DNA of 61,447 nucleotides from Perkinsus olseni (Eukaryota): NCBI GenBank assembly GCA_013115125.1, contig JABANN010000149.1, positions 1 to 61,447 of the forward strand, read 5' to 3'. Shown piece by piece: positions 28,207 to 40,519 of this stretch (position 1 is its first letter; each line of letters starts with the position of its first letter). The notes under the pieces were generated by a model. It saw only the letters and a program-made list of their open reading frames with translations, ran no database searches and was not told where the DNA came from. The position numbers and the translations under genes were made by a program.

Positions 28207-28770
28207 TTTGTCATCTCTTCTCCGCCGGGCTCTATCTAAGTTGTTTAGAGGCCCCAATTGTGAGTTTCTGGTCTGGGAGTGTTGGGTTGTCAGTGTCGCC
28301 CGGTGGGGTTGTACGGCGCAGCGGCGGGATGATGGCGCTGGTATTGCCCAGAATTAGCACGGGGTCGTCAGGCCATCGCGGGCTGGCTTGGACGTCAGCG
28401 TGCCGTTTGACTAGTCGCTGTTCCTCTCCCCCTGGGTGACCTGTTGGCAGCAGGTAGGTCTCCCTTCTTGGCCGAAGCTCTCTTCCTCGGTGAACTCCTC
28501 TACAAGTGCTATGAGTTTCGTGCTATTACCACCCTAGAATGCTGCGGGTGTAGCCGTATGATTCCGAGTAGATCTCAGGGATCTGTTAGGAGCCCGGAGC
28601 CAGCGGCAGTATAGGGACAGGTGTTGTGAGAGAGAACACAGTCGTGGTGAGCCATGTCAGGATTGCCTAGCGTCTACCATCGTGGACTCCCTAGTAGTAA
28701 ACGCTAGGCAATTCTGCGGTGATTCAACAGCGTCTCGTTGATCCAGATTCGTCTTTTACCGTAGTTGTAA

Positions 28771-31138
28771 ATGGCTGATAGTAATTCGTCTGAACGTTCA
28801 AGTAAGAGCAGAGCATTCGACGTTGTGATCTTCGGCTGCACGGGTTTGGTCGGCCGACTGACCCTCCAGGCCATGGTCAAGTTGGCGGCCCCTGCGGGTC
28901 TTAAAGTTGCTGCTGCTGGCAGGAACGAGGAAAGAATGAAGCAAGTAAGGAGCCCGAACTCACTCTCCGGTGACTGCTGAACGCCTGAGGATAGTCATCA
29001 CGCGACCATTGTTGCTGTTGCTGTCAGATCATCTCTGACACACTGGATGAGGAGACATCATCATCTGTGGGTTATATAGTAGCAGACGCGTACGACTACC
29101 ATTCCATCCAGGATATGGCAAAGAGTAATGAGAACACTATCGCTCTCCTCAAGAGGGGGTATTTTGTGAAAGTTGTGAATGTTCAGGTACCAGATTGGTG
29201 CTCAATTGCGCCGGGCCCTTCACCATCCACGGAGAGGTCGTCGTTAGAGCATGTGTAGAAGCTGGCACTGACTACATGGACACGACGGGGGAGATCAACT
29301 TCGCCGAGGCCATGCAGTTGAAGTAGTAGTGTCTGGCAGGGCGCTGCTATTGGTAGATAGTCACTACTCTTCTCGTCAGGTATTCAGCTGCGGCTAAAGC
29401 ATCGGGGGCAATCATCATATCCTCGTGTGCATTCGATGCTGTTCCAGGGGACCTGGGCGTTCAGATTATCCACGATTTGTTGAGCAAGAACGAAAGGGTA
29501 ATAAGTGCTCAACTTCCTCACTCGATGCTCGTGCATTCACGATCTGCTCACGGTGTATAATTCGCCGACCCTTCATTGCCCACGCGCTCATACGCTGTCA
29601 TGTTCGTTGCTTCTGTTTGTCAACGACCATTGTCAACCATTAGTCTTCCACGTTACCAGTTATTGCCAGAAGGGACTTGGGTATTCCCGGCCGGTATACC
29701 CGGTACTCCCGCGGGTAAAGCGAATAATACCATTGCCGCCATCCACTTCGGGTCATGATGCTGGCGTCTTTGTGACTCCTCCGTCGGATTTTGTGGGAAT
29801 CACTGTAGCTTCACTCTCATACGTTTGAGCGGATATGACGCCCTGCACAATTACTCTCACCTCTAGAATAGAAGCTAATAACGATATCAGGTCCCGTACT
29901 CTGTGGAAGCCTTCTTGGAGATAGTTGAGGGACCCAGCGGCTACACTGGTGGCTTTGGCACGTAGGCAGGGGGACTGTCGGTATGATAGGCTTCGACTCC
30001 CCATCGAGGAGCGTTCTGCTGATGCTTCTCATCACGGTCAGATTCCAAAGCTTACTTCTGGCTATCAGCAACATGTCGGTCTTGAAGAAGATCCGCCAGG
30101 AGTTGAGATCGTCAGGTGGGTCCTCATCGGTCGGAGCGTTGGAGGCTCCCTTCTGGGCTACAAATCAGGAAGCGATCACTCATCTTTAGGCCAGCGGCCG
30201 GAGCTGAAGCTCCGAGGCCCCAAGTTCGCCCCACACCGACTGCCCTTCATCGATTCGAGAGCCCCGAGGGGTATATATGTCCCATTCGTCGGCCCTACTC
30301 CCTCCGTGGTTCTCCGTGAGTGGCTTTGTTGTAGAACGCAGTCTCCCCCAACTGACGACTCCTGACAGGTTCACAGCAGTTGCTGACAAGAGATAACACA
30401 GCATATACTGCGGTGAATGATGTCACCTACATGAAGGTGGAGAAGGAGTGGGCCTACTAGCCTGTCCGTGCAGCCATGCGTCCTCAGATGCCGCCCGGAA
30501 TATTAACCAAGATGGGTTACGCATTTTTTGGTATGATTTGCCTACTCTTATCAACTTTCGAAGTCGGCAGAAAACTTCTCCTGAAGTAGTGAGTGGAATG
30601 CCCTATGCTGATTCTAGTGAGCTCAATTCCAGGTTCCCCGAAGCGTTCACCGGTGGTAAGATATCGCGGAAGGGACCCACACAGGAGCAGATGAACACGA
30701 CTTTGTAGGGACCGCCGCTATTCAACATTCAAAGCGGACTGTCATTTTTACGTGCAGTTACAAGATATCTTTCATTGGGTCTGGTTATGCCAACGAGAAG
30801 GCTCTGGAGTCCCATCCTAGTCGCCGTGATGTGACGATCAGGGGCAGCGTGACCGGACCTGATCCTGGATACAATGCTACCAGTGGCATCCTCGCGACTT
30901 TGGGATATGTAAGATGCCGCCCCTCATACCACTTGGCTCCACTTTCCGCTTTCACGCAATTACTTGCCTGGTAGTGCATGGCTTGTGCTTTTATCAGGTG
31001 CTGCTAACGGAGCGAGACAAGGTGTCTGCTAAGAGCGGCGGAGTGTACACGCCTGCGACAGTGTTCAGAGGAACGAGTGCTGCCCAGAAGTTGACGGAGG
31101 GGAAGTTCGCGGTTTACAGCGATAATATGTTAAATTGA
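28771..31138 (+). CDS. SCCPDH: Saccharopine dehydrogenase-like oxidoreductase, copy 3
   Basis: FDVVIFGCTGLVG, NCAGPFTIHGE, DYMDTTGE, CAFDAVPGDLG, GPDPGYNATS and GGVYTPA. Confidence 0.92.
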
Positions 31139-31926
31139 GCGAGCCACTTACTAAGGTGTTCCTTGATTATTTAATTTTTCGACTCTCAATTTGGTTTTGT
31201 TCGAGTCGAAGAGATCGATTGCCGGCGATGCTGACTACTGATAAGCATTGGACGGCCACGGGCCCTCCCGTTTAATATGCATAGTAAAACGCATTCCTTC
31301 CAGCTCGTAAGGTGAACATAGTAGGCGGCAGAGATATCAGAGGTCTCGTCCGGCTGTTCAAACTCGAGGGCAAGTCCTCCTCGTTGGTATAACAGCGCGC
31401 GAAGAGACCGACCCGAATAAGTTCGGCCCTCACTCGGAGGCTGTTCATGGGACCAAGGCGCAGCGTTAAGTTGCGGCCCAGCGTCCGAGACTCTACTGCG
31501 CGCAATTGGCAACTTTCAGAAGCATACTGATCCCGATCGTGAGTCCGGACAATACATGATGTTGCGGAAATGGTTCAAGCGCAATTTGTAGCAACCTATT
31601 TATTCTCACACGCCATAGAGGATACCCAGCGCTTGTGATGGGCGGCTTGTTCTGCAGGGCTCCTCTGGTAGAGCCCTACTACTTGTCACTGGTGGTATTC
31701 GCTTGCTGCGGAGTTGGCAGGCGTCAGCGTTGCGCAATCGAGCAAGTTGCCACACAGACTGGCAGTCCGCTTAGTGTTGGTGGTTGGAGCGCTGTACCGC
31801 CATTGTATCCTATCCAGAGTGTTACTGTGTTGCATCCCAAACTTGATACTCAGGCCGGGCCCGCGACGATTCGAGGCAAATGCATCAATCTACCTCCCAC
31901 CATGTTGGCTGCTACATTTAGTCGTA

Positions 31927-32008
31927 GAGTGTTTGCCCGAGTGGTTAAGAGGGTGGTCTTAAGATCCACTGGACACGGTCCGCGTGGGTTCGAACCCCAC
32001 AGCGCTCA
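31927..32008 (+). tRNA. tRNA-Leu(UAA)
   Basis: 82-nt cloverleaf: GAGTGTT/AGCGCTC acceptor stem, CT-TAA-GA anticodon loop, long variable arm, and T arm GTGGG-TTCGAAC-CCCAC. Confidence 0.93.
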
Positions 32009-32090
32009 ATCTACGTCCCTCCTGTAACTTGTCGGTGTGGAATCGCGGGGGCGGAGGCCAACGTCAGGCTGATCCCCTCTGAGTTGGCCA

Positions 32091-32119
32091 CAACGTGGGC
32101 GAGCTGCTCGCCCACGTTG
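32091..32119. repeat. 29-bp GC-rich perfect palindrome
   Basis: caacgtgggcgagc-t-gctcgcccacgttg. Confidence 0.95.
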
Positions 32120-32137
32120 AAAGTTTGTGGTAGAGGT

Positions 32138-32548
32138 GACTATACCACTCAGAAGTCTATTTGGCGGATAAGGGATTGGATTCCCTACTGAGGACTGCCG
32201 CTGAATTGCTTATCCGCCAATTGCATCCCCTCATCTCGACCCTATCCGCCAATTTGCTGATGTCTCACCAACTCGCTAATGTGATGATATCATCCTCGAC
32301 CCCCATATAGGCAACGGCAACGGCAACCCTATCCGCCAATTTGCTGATGTCTCACCAACTCGCTAATGTGATGATATCATCCTCGACCCCCATATAGGCA
32401 CNNNNNNNNNNNNNNNNNNNNNNNNNNNNNNNNNNNNNNNNNNNNNNNNNNNNNNNNNNNNNNNNNNNNNNNNNNNNNNNNNNNNNNNNNNNNNNCGCCA
32501 ACGGCAACGGCAACCCTATCCGCCAAATAGGCTTCTGAATGGTATGGT
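32138..32548. mobile_element. MITE-like element with terminal inverted repeats and an internal 87-bp tandem repeat, spanning the assembly gap
   Basis: The left end gactataccactcagaagtctatttggcggataaggg closely matches the reverse complement of the right end, gaccataccattcagaagcctatttggcggataggg. Internal units start at 32240 and 32327, and the motif tatccgccaa recurs. Confidence 0.65.
32402..32495. other. Assembly gap (N run)
   Basis: Run of n characters inside the tandem repeat. Confidence 1.
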
Positions 32549-32768
32549 CTGGTCGCCTCCCGTAGCAGCGTTCAGAGGACCGACAACTATTCAGAAGTTA
32601 ATGGACGTAGAGTTCACGCTGTGCAGCCAAGCTGCGGATCTTATCAGGATCTCCCGATAAACCAATTATTCTATTCTCATTCGGCCTCCCCGTAAATGGA
32701 GATTGATAAAACAAGAGTCAGTGTATCAGTAGGATGATATTCATCAATGAACAATAGTAATCACTGTA

Positions 32769-33893
32769 CTATACAGCCATCGAACGGCAGGCAACCAACC
32801 TGACGGCGACTGGACGGATGCTCCTTCATTGCGCTAGACAACAACTCCATGACCTGGAAGACATTAATACCGCAGGATCGCTTCGTCGTGAGCGGAGTAA
32901 AGCCACTGTGCGATTCTCACCTCGGCATCCGCTCCTCTACGCTGAGCCCAAGCAATGGGTAAGCGCTGGAGGTCGTCCAATTTGAAGACATTGCATCCAG
33001 CATCAAGCAGGACTCCTACGCCAGCAGCGCTTGGGCAGAGATGGAGCGCATTGCGACTGAAGCAACAAAAGTCAGGACCACGAGCTTGCGTTCTGAACAC
33101 TCTTTCCTTCCGCTCGCTCATCGCGTAATGGAAGGCTAGAGCTCATACAACGAGGATAACGCTTCCAAGAAATGATAGCGACTCACCGAGGTCACGTCAC
33201 ACACGCAGAGCATTCCATCGACGGCCCGAATATCCCTGCCCTGCCCGACTGTATCTTTTTTTCACCTGCAGTTGTCCACGTCTTCAACGAGAGGACTGCC
33301 CTTTGGCCCGCCACCCTCCCGCAACAGCTTCTTTTCGAGTAGAAGGATGAGCCGAATTGTCCGAACTCGCGAGTACTTGCTGGCCACAAGTAGAGGGGTA
33401 TCCTCGGAAGTATTCCGAGAACGCAGAGCCTGTAAACGAAACCCGGAGCAGTCCTCTCCTCGCGAATACGCGCAACCTGATCGACACTGTGGTCTAGGAA
33501 CCATCCTACTTGTGGGTTATGCAAGCAAGTGATGAAAAGGGTGTCGAGCACGCCAACACGATCAGGTGCCGCTACAAAATCGCATATATCGCAGACTGGA
33601 GACTCGTCCTCCCTCAGAGGCCACATCAGGAGTGCATTGCGGCAAAAGATCTGAGAATGGATATTTGGAAGAGCCAACGAGCCTTGTCAACGTCAATTCG
33701 AGCCTACCGTAGCTGTTGCGTGGGGGCCTATGGGGAGGAGATCGTGTAGCTGCTCACAGGTTGCAAATAATCCCCTAGTTAACTCCGTGGGACCCAAAAA
33801 AGACGCTATCGAAAATCGTACGCCACTATTGGCCGAGAGAAGGTCAACGACATGGTGCTTCGACGAAGAGCCGATGTTCAGGGAATCAGGCAT
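32769..33893 (-). CDS. Ankyrin-repeat protein with an F-box-like N-terminus, multi-exon
   Basis: Ankyrin-like EDTPLLVASKYSRVRTIRLIL and RNALHLC...VLLDAGCNV...LPIAWA. The N-terminal SIASFLGPTELTRGLFATC resembles an F-box. The 3' end is approximate. Confidence 0.65.
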
Positions 33894-34436
33894 CCGAAAA
33901 ATAGGCCATGAAAAAATGGGAAACTAACAACGGGAGGCGACCCTAGAAGGGCGACTATAGCCGGTGGATAATTTAATCTCATTGCAAAACAGCAACAGAA
34001 AGTAGTACGAAAGACAAGCGAGGGAGTCGAAGATCCAGAAATACACTCTAACCCAAAGGGTGCACTAGCCGCTCCCGTTTGGAAATTAATAATTTGAAAT
34101 TATGGAGCCTCTCAGTTAGCTACAGAACACTGACCAGCTCGGGGTGAACCCAGCCAATGCCTCGAAGAGAACGGGATACCTGCCTTCATTCAACAACATC
34201 CAGTTAACAACCCAGATTACTGCCGGTGAAAGAGGGCACCCGCCCTTAGTAGGAGATGCCCATCATAGTGGCATTCACTATCCGCGAGAGAGGCGAGCGG
34301 CTGTTGACCGCCGTGAACAGCTGACCTTCCGTGAACAGGCGACCGACAGGTTACCTTGAAGTGGCAGCACCTCAAATTTGACGAGGATCGTGAAATCGAG
34401 TGTTCCATATAAGCAGGATTGTGAATGACCCACCAA

Positions 34437-34508
34437 AGCCGGATGGCGGGATTGAACCGCCGACCTAAAGTTTACAAAACTGACGCTCTACCACTAAGCT
34501 AAACCGGC
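34437..34508 (-). tRNA. tRNA-Thr(UGU), possibly an early pseudogene
   Basis: 72 nt: GCCGGTT-TAGCTTAGTGGTAGAGCG-TCAGT-TTTGTAA-ACTTT-AGGTC-GGCGG-TTCAATC-CCGCC-ATCCGGC-T. There is one acceptor-stem mismatch and two anticodon-stem mismatches. Confidence 0.8.
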
Positions 34509-34626
34509 CCGGAGCAAACTCACGCAACACTGTGGTCGCCACGAATCATGGTCCACGATACCTGCATTATCACGATTCTTCGAACATGCAGATGAGGAAT
34601 ATTTGCCTACAAGCTACAAGAACCCT

Positions 34627-34680
34627 GAGCCAGAAGATGGGATTGAAGCCGCCTCCACCGCTTAGCTCAACAGGTCAAGC
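34627..34680 (-). pseudogene. Degenerate, internally deleted tRNA relic
   Basis: The minus strand reads gacctgttgagctaagcggtggag-gcggcttcaatccc-atcttctggct, i.e. A-box-like and B-box-like segments with the anticodon arm missing. Confidence 0.45.
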
Positions 34681-34962
34681 CTCTCTGAGCGAACCTTCAC
34701 TATCACGGCCCAAACCAGTCACGGGTGATGCTCGTCGACTCACACGAAGGCGAATAGTGGGGTTCAGCTGTCGGCCTTCACTGCAAGGGGCTGGCTCTCC
34801 AGCACTATGCTGGACTTGCTTTAAAATGGAGCATGGCTCTTCTAGGGCTAGTAACTCGTATCGTTGCTGCAGCTTGTTCGGTAGTGCTGCAAGATAAAAA
34901 TTCTGGCAAGACGTTTTCCCAGCCCGCTGGGACGAGACCGGCGTATGCGCAATGAGCAGTTA

Positions 34963-35035
34963 GAGCCTGATAACGCGTTTGAACCGCCAACCTTCCTTCC
35001 GCAAAACTAGCGCTCCTCCACTAGATTCAGCTCGC
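34963..35035 (-). pseudogene. Degenerate copy of tRNA-Thr
   Basis: ctagtggaggagcgctagttttgcggaaggaaggttggcggttcaaacgcgttatcaggct is collinear with the tRNA-Thr at 34437-34508. Confidence 0.65.
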
Positions 35036-36545
35036 TTAAAATTATTTTATGGTTTACTTAGGCCACTATGAAGCCGGCATTACCACATTTCCGCCAGCTT
35101 ATGGGTGATGCATAACGGCCTCTACGCTACAGGAGTACCAAGTGTAAGATTGGTGCCCCACCTACGCCAATTGAGCTTTCGTGATGGTACTTCTCCCGAG
35201 TGGTGAGCCGAAGATCCGGAACAGGAATGTCACCTTGGGAGCCTCTTCTCCCACTTGCGTGCCTAGCGCAGAGCATGAGCAGTTCTGCCAGGATAGCCCT
35301 GCCAGTGTGCGGAGCTGAGGGCGTCACTCTACGAGTGGAGAGTAGCGGAGACACGATGACACAATTTGCCGTCGTGCCCACTGGGCATTGCCCAGAGAAT
35401 CCCTGGCAGGGATCATTGTAATACATAACAAACCCATGATAGGTTGCCGATACGTTCGAGAGCGGTATCCAAAGTCGATCTCGGCGGTGATCGGGGCGGT
35501 TGTTCCGAGGCGCTGAGCTCGCCGATCGCACTCTGTCCAGCAACCCTACACAAAGCGCTCTGGCTTGAAGCCAGTGGCTACTGAAGTTTCGCTTGGAATC
35601 GTCCCATTACTAGTCACCGCTTAGGCTTCACACTCATATACTCTTGAGTTTCCCTATTTATCAAGTCCCCCGGTGATGTTCAGTCTTCGATTGTATCGGA
35701 GCACCTGACCCAGTCGAGTAGTTCTAGACATGGCGTGTCCACGGAGATTGAACCCGCAGATAGCAGTTCTCCGTGATGAATTATGGCTAATAGTCGCTAA
35801 GCATGACTGTTAGACTCTAACATCCTCTTCGCAGCAGCCACGAGCTTAGATCGAATGCTGCACGAAGCTGGGGGCCACAAACAGGCCCACACTATCGTGC
35901 TTCAATAGAGAGTGGGCATTCAGCGAACTCGGCATACGAAGACCTTTTCGGTAGAATAAGTTGAACCACAGACCAGTGGTCTGAGACCACAGCCGATGTA
36001 TCGAAGCCCATGGATAAGCGACTCTCAACCGAAGAGTAATCTAATCCCGTTGAGACTAGGAGCGCAACCCAGCATTACCAGAGATCCACGTGTCCCCGTT
36101 TAGTGTCAAGCCTAACTGCGCATACAGACGAAAATGCATCCATGCATTAACCGAGCCCACGGGAGAATGGCCCATTAATGAGCTCGTGAGGATCAAGAAG
36201 GAGCCCACGGGATCAGAGCGCATCGCTAGCGGGCGCTGACATGACATAAACCCAGCAATGGTTCTGCCGAGCAGACTTCGGTGTTGAGGAACTGCTATCG
36301 GCTAGGCTCTTGTTCCACAGTAGGCGGTCATCGACAAGCTTCACCAGACCAAGCCCTGAACGAGCGCGACACCTTGCTCATCGTGACGGTTGACCAGAAC
36401 GATATTTCTGAGTTCTCTGATCATCCTCGTAGATTTTCACCCCTGAGCGACCGAGTTCTCGTAGTGCACCCACATTCACGCTTGCGAGCTTAATGCATAT
36501 TCCAAGCAAACGGCCAGAAGTGTCTACAGAACATGCATCTGACCA

Positions 36546-37710
36546 TCATCGCCGCGAGGCCCCTGTTTCGTGCTCCGGAGGACACTGAGGAACTGTCTCA
36601 GTCGCTTTCGAGCCTCTTCCGCCCGCACTTCCTTCATGGCTTCCACCATGGCCGTGGATTTCCCCAATCCAGACAATGGCCTGAATGAGGCCGCGATCGA
36701 ACCTCCAACGCGCGGCCGCCAACCCCAGTGGGGTTACCCCACTCTTTTCCAAATTTGGAGCGCAGAGCATTTATTAACATAGCCTTGGGAGAGAGCTCTC
36801 CAAGCCTCACTTCGCGGACTCGCAGGGCGACACCATGATCGAACAGAAGGGAGTCCCGGTTGGGATTGTGAGATATGAGCAGGAATCTTCCCGTGTCAGG
36901 TTGTAGAAGTTTGGGAATCTCCTTCAACATCGCCACTCCGGCGTCACTCGTGCCCGAGCACATCAAAGCATCCAATGTGCCTTTCTCAATGATCAGATCG
37001 AATCGTCTTCCTGCAGGAGACTTCAACGCTGGGGAACATGACGAGAGACGGTGCGATGACCTCGGAAGGAAGAGCCCATTTTAGTCGCGTCAACACATCG
37101 CCACTCGAGTCGAGCCCCCAGGTCAGCGTCACCGTTATCGGCATAGTGCCTGGACGGATATAAAACTCACGAGAAGTTATTGGCGAAGGTGAAGGTTGGA
37201 CTTCCTGAGTCCTTCGATGACAGCCTTGGACAGGTCTATGCAGCAAACGTGTCGGAAGCCGTGATGTTTCACCAGTTGCTCTGGCAGTCGAGAATTACCA
37301 CATCCGACCATCAGCACCTACAAGTGGACGAAGCCTAGCTGCCGATTCTGACTACTATCATATGACGTCATGTATGGCATCAGATGGTGGCAGGAACTTG
37401 ACGATCTCTGCATATTCCATGTACCAATCGAAGAACCTCAAAGGCCTGCACACAGGTAGATCTCCTCCGCGACCCCACTCGAAAGTTGAGGGAATTGTTG
37501 AGGAGCGAGGAGATCGCAGATGCAGAGTTTGTTATCACTTGGCGCGTCCTTGGTCGCCAACTTGTTTCTCGAATCGGTCGTCCCAGTACTCGGCCTTCGC
37601 ATAGCGGTCTCCATGAGGGGTCAAAGTATGCGTCGGGTCCATCAACCAATGAACGACGATCGCTGCGGAGAGCATGCGACCAAATCGGATACACCACAAA
37701 GGACATCACG
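36546..37710 (-). CDS. Class I SAM-dependent methyltransferase, METTL13-N/EEF1AKMT4-like, multi-exon
   Basis: EYWDDRF, FFDWYMEY, VLMVGCGNSRL (motif I), CIDLS, FDLIIEKGTLDAL and GRFLLIS. Further 3' exons may run toward 35130. Confidence 0.82.
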
Positions 37711-37862
37711 CTCGAGCAGAAACGTTGGTCAAATCGTTGACTCAACAACGAATCACCCGTATGGCTTCCCTCGTAATACTCAACTCGATGTCGTCTACCG
37801 CTACACGTGCATCCGATGCATTTTCAGAAATATTATTAGTAATAACAAACAGGGCAAAGGAC

Positions 37863-38039
37863 AAACAACATTTTAGAGACTTCATTCAGTGAAGTCTCTA
37901 AAATGTTCAATGAACTTAGTTATTTTCCTGAGTATCAATTAACAGCGCTTAGTATGTTCCATAGCCTGTCCTATCGGTAATAATTTATTACCGCCAGGAC
38001 ATTTATTACTCAGGCAATGAAGTCTCTAAAATTTTGTTT
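37863..38039. mobile_element. AT-rich foldback/MITE-like element with nested inverted repeats
   Basis: A perfect 18-bp-stem hairpin at 37867-37907, plus a third inverted copy at 38016-38039 matching 37863-37886 at 23/24 positions. Confidence 0.55.
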
Positions 38040-38392
38040 CTCCGCTGTCGAGTGTACCAAGCAGAAATATTTCTCCGAAGAATACGGCGAGTACAGACTT
38101 CAAGAAGGCAGAACGGAAGATGCAACATAGAGCCGGGCCCGCTTATGAAGTGACTGAGAACGCATACTACACTCGTCACAGACTCTCTTCTCATAGACTC
38201 TTGCGATAACGTTGACTAGTAAAAAATGGCCACTGCCCGGCCCGGGCAAAACACGCGTGCACGCTACTCGCACGCGAACACATCGAGTGTAAAAGAAGAC
38301 AGAGTTATTATATCATGTCACCACCGTCGTACAACCGATGCCCACGAAAGATCATCCATAACACAGTGCTGATCATTGATTAGCTCTGACAG

Positions 38393-40032
38393 TCAAGAAA
38401 GGTCGATAGAGGTTATGCCAATCAAGTTAATGATACATACAAGAATGCCAATAACTAGAGTTCCAATGAACGAGAGCGGACTCCATAAGATGAAAGACAA
38501 AATATTCAGCGCGCGGACGGGATGGCCTCGAGGCACACTCTTCTCGATCATTGCTGTACGCTGGGGGCGTAACACCCCTGGAATACGTCAGCCGGGCGAG
38601 CATCGATATAGCAACGATGCTCACAATCATATGGGACAGGGCCCACAAAACGTGTGGCCCTTGATAATGCAGGGGGCTATACCGAGCCTCCCAAGACCGA
38701 GTGATGTGAACTAATGCTGCCGCACAGGCGCAAGCTGAGACACCGGCGAGAATTTTGCGGATCCCGCTCCCAATCAAACGCGCGCTCGAATCTTCCTGCC
38801 GCGAGAAAAGAGCAAAGAGACGACCGACTAAATTAGGGAAGATTGATACAACACACGCCGTGGCAAAAAAACCAGTGACGCAGGTGGCTAGCGTTGAGGG
38901 CAATATCGAGAGGATCATAACCCTCAATACGAATGGGATGCCGCTCGAGTTGGCGGCATTGGCTCTGCATAATGTCATCACACTCTTACCGAAGTTAGTA
39001 TACAGTAGCTTCCATGGAGTTCCCGGATATGATTGAGGAGAGCGTCAAGCCGATCAGATAATAATGAACACTCAAGATAGATTGTCCGCTGCGATAGAGA
39101 GGTCTGTCTCTTTGTTTGCAGCCTTCACATACAGGATGGAACCGCCAAATAACATACCACGAGTCGATAATAGAGAAAACGGCATCGATGAGTACAGCGG
39201 GAGTAGAATCCTCCAACAGATCATGACCAACCCAGAATACAATCGACGTGGTGAAGTAAAAAGCAGCAAATTCGATGCTGCGTAGGGCCCAAGTCTCAAC
39301 TTTATCAATCCCATGTTGCTTCACGAAGACGGCAAGTTCAAACATACACCACAGACGGGACTCCAAGGAATCGTCCCACATCGACACGAAGCTCTTCGAG
39401 CAAGCGAGGTACTCGGGTATGGCCTGAATACAAGTAGCCTTCTCACGAGGATCGTCTTGCGGTATACAACAACGATCAAAGAACACTCGAGAGGGGATTG
39501 AACGACGTCTCCATCGTAAGCAAGATAACAAAATGGTACACGATATGATGACACACGAAAATATACGGGCTTGACAGAAATGGCGAAGAAGCCAGCAGCC
39601 CAGTAAAGAGAGCATGACCGCCCTCTCCGTGTTGTAGCGTATAGCGAGTGCAGCAATCTTCAAGAGACTGCTTGTCTCCCAAGCATGACTCAGGAATAGA
39701 TCATAGTGTTCAGTCACCGTAGCCTTCCTGCTCAGAGTATCCCATACTTGAACACCAGACGTCGTCCAAGGCCATTCCCACAGGAGCTCTCCTAAACCAA
39801 CTGCGCGGAATCTGGTTATCGGCCTCCCGAGCAGGTCATCCGAGTCAGAGGACTCTAAGCTGCTCATCGACTCTGCGTCGGTCAGATCCGAGGAGTTGTC
39901 GATAAATCTCGATAGAGCGAACATTCCTGAGGGAAGCCGATCAAGATCAACGCTTAGTAGGTATACTACAACACAACTCAATGGCTCGGGTAATGAGTCA
40001 ATGAAGCATGTCCTGAAGCAGAGATGAGACAA
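38393..40032 (-). pseudogene. TIR-like multi-pass membrane protein, copy 1, frameshifted
   Basis: It carries DLFLSHAW, VFFDRCCI and SRLWCMFEL. Homology to copy 3 changes frame near 39080-39110 and again near 39000, so ECSLLSDRLDALLNHIRELHGSY and NFGKSVMTL lie in different frames. Confidence 0.75.
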
Positions 40033-40519
40033 TTATGAGACGAAGACCATCAACCTGGAGGGTCATAGTGATGCAAAGGAGCATAAAGGGTCACGAGTGA
40101 CCGCACGAATTCCGCAATTTGTGCGAACAGGCACAAGTCCGAAGCACCTCCACGGCCCGTGGTCCACGAGCCTCGAGACATATTGTAGTAACATTGCATG
40201 GGTTCTTTTTACATGTCTAAACTCCAGCCCGGAAGTCACACGGGACGGCTGCTGTTCACAGGGCAACTGCTGAGTCATCACTATTGACCACGCCCATTAT
40301 GTCGGTTGCGGCACTTCTCGAGCCCTCCACGGGACTAAACACGAAGCGACGCTTCATGCTTGCTCGAACTGAGGGTAAGAGGGTTCTCAATTCCTCAAAC
40401 ACACTCAGGAGCTGAGGGGCCGGTAGGCAACTGCTAATGAGGCGGTTTCTCGCTGGGGAAACTTCCGGGGAAGCGACCATTAGTCCTAACCAAATTTACA
40501 TGCAGCCATTGGAGCCTCT

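Noticed and set aside
32240-32401. Repeats considered as a CRISPR array or snoRNAs (gtgatga present)
   Set aside because: They are head-to-tail identical units without unique spacers, in a eukaryotic context with no cas genes, and no rRNA guide was recognised.
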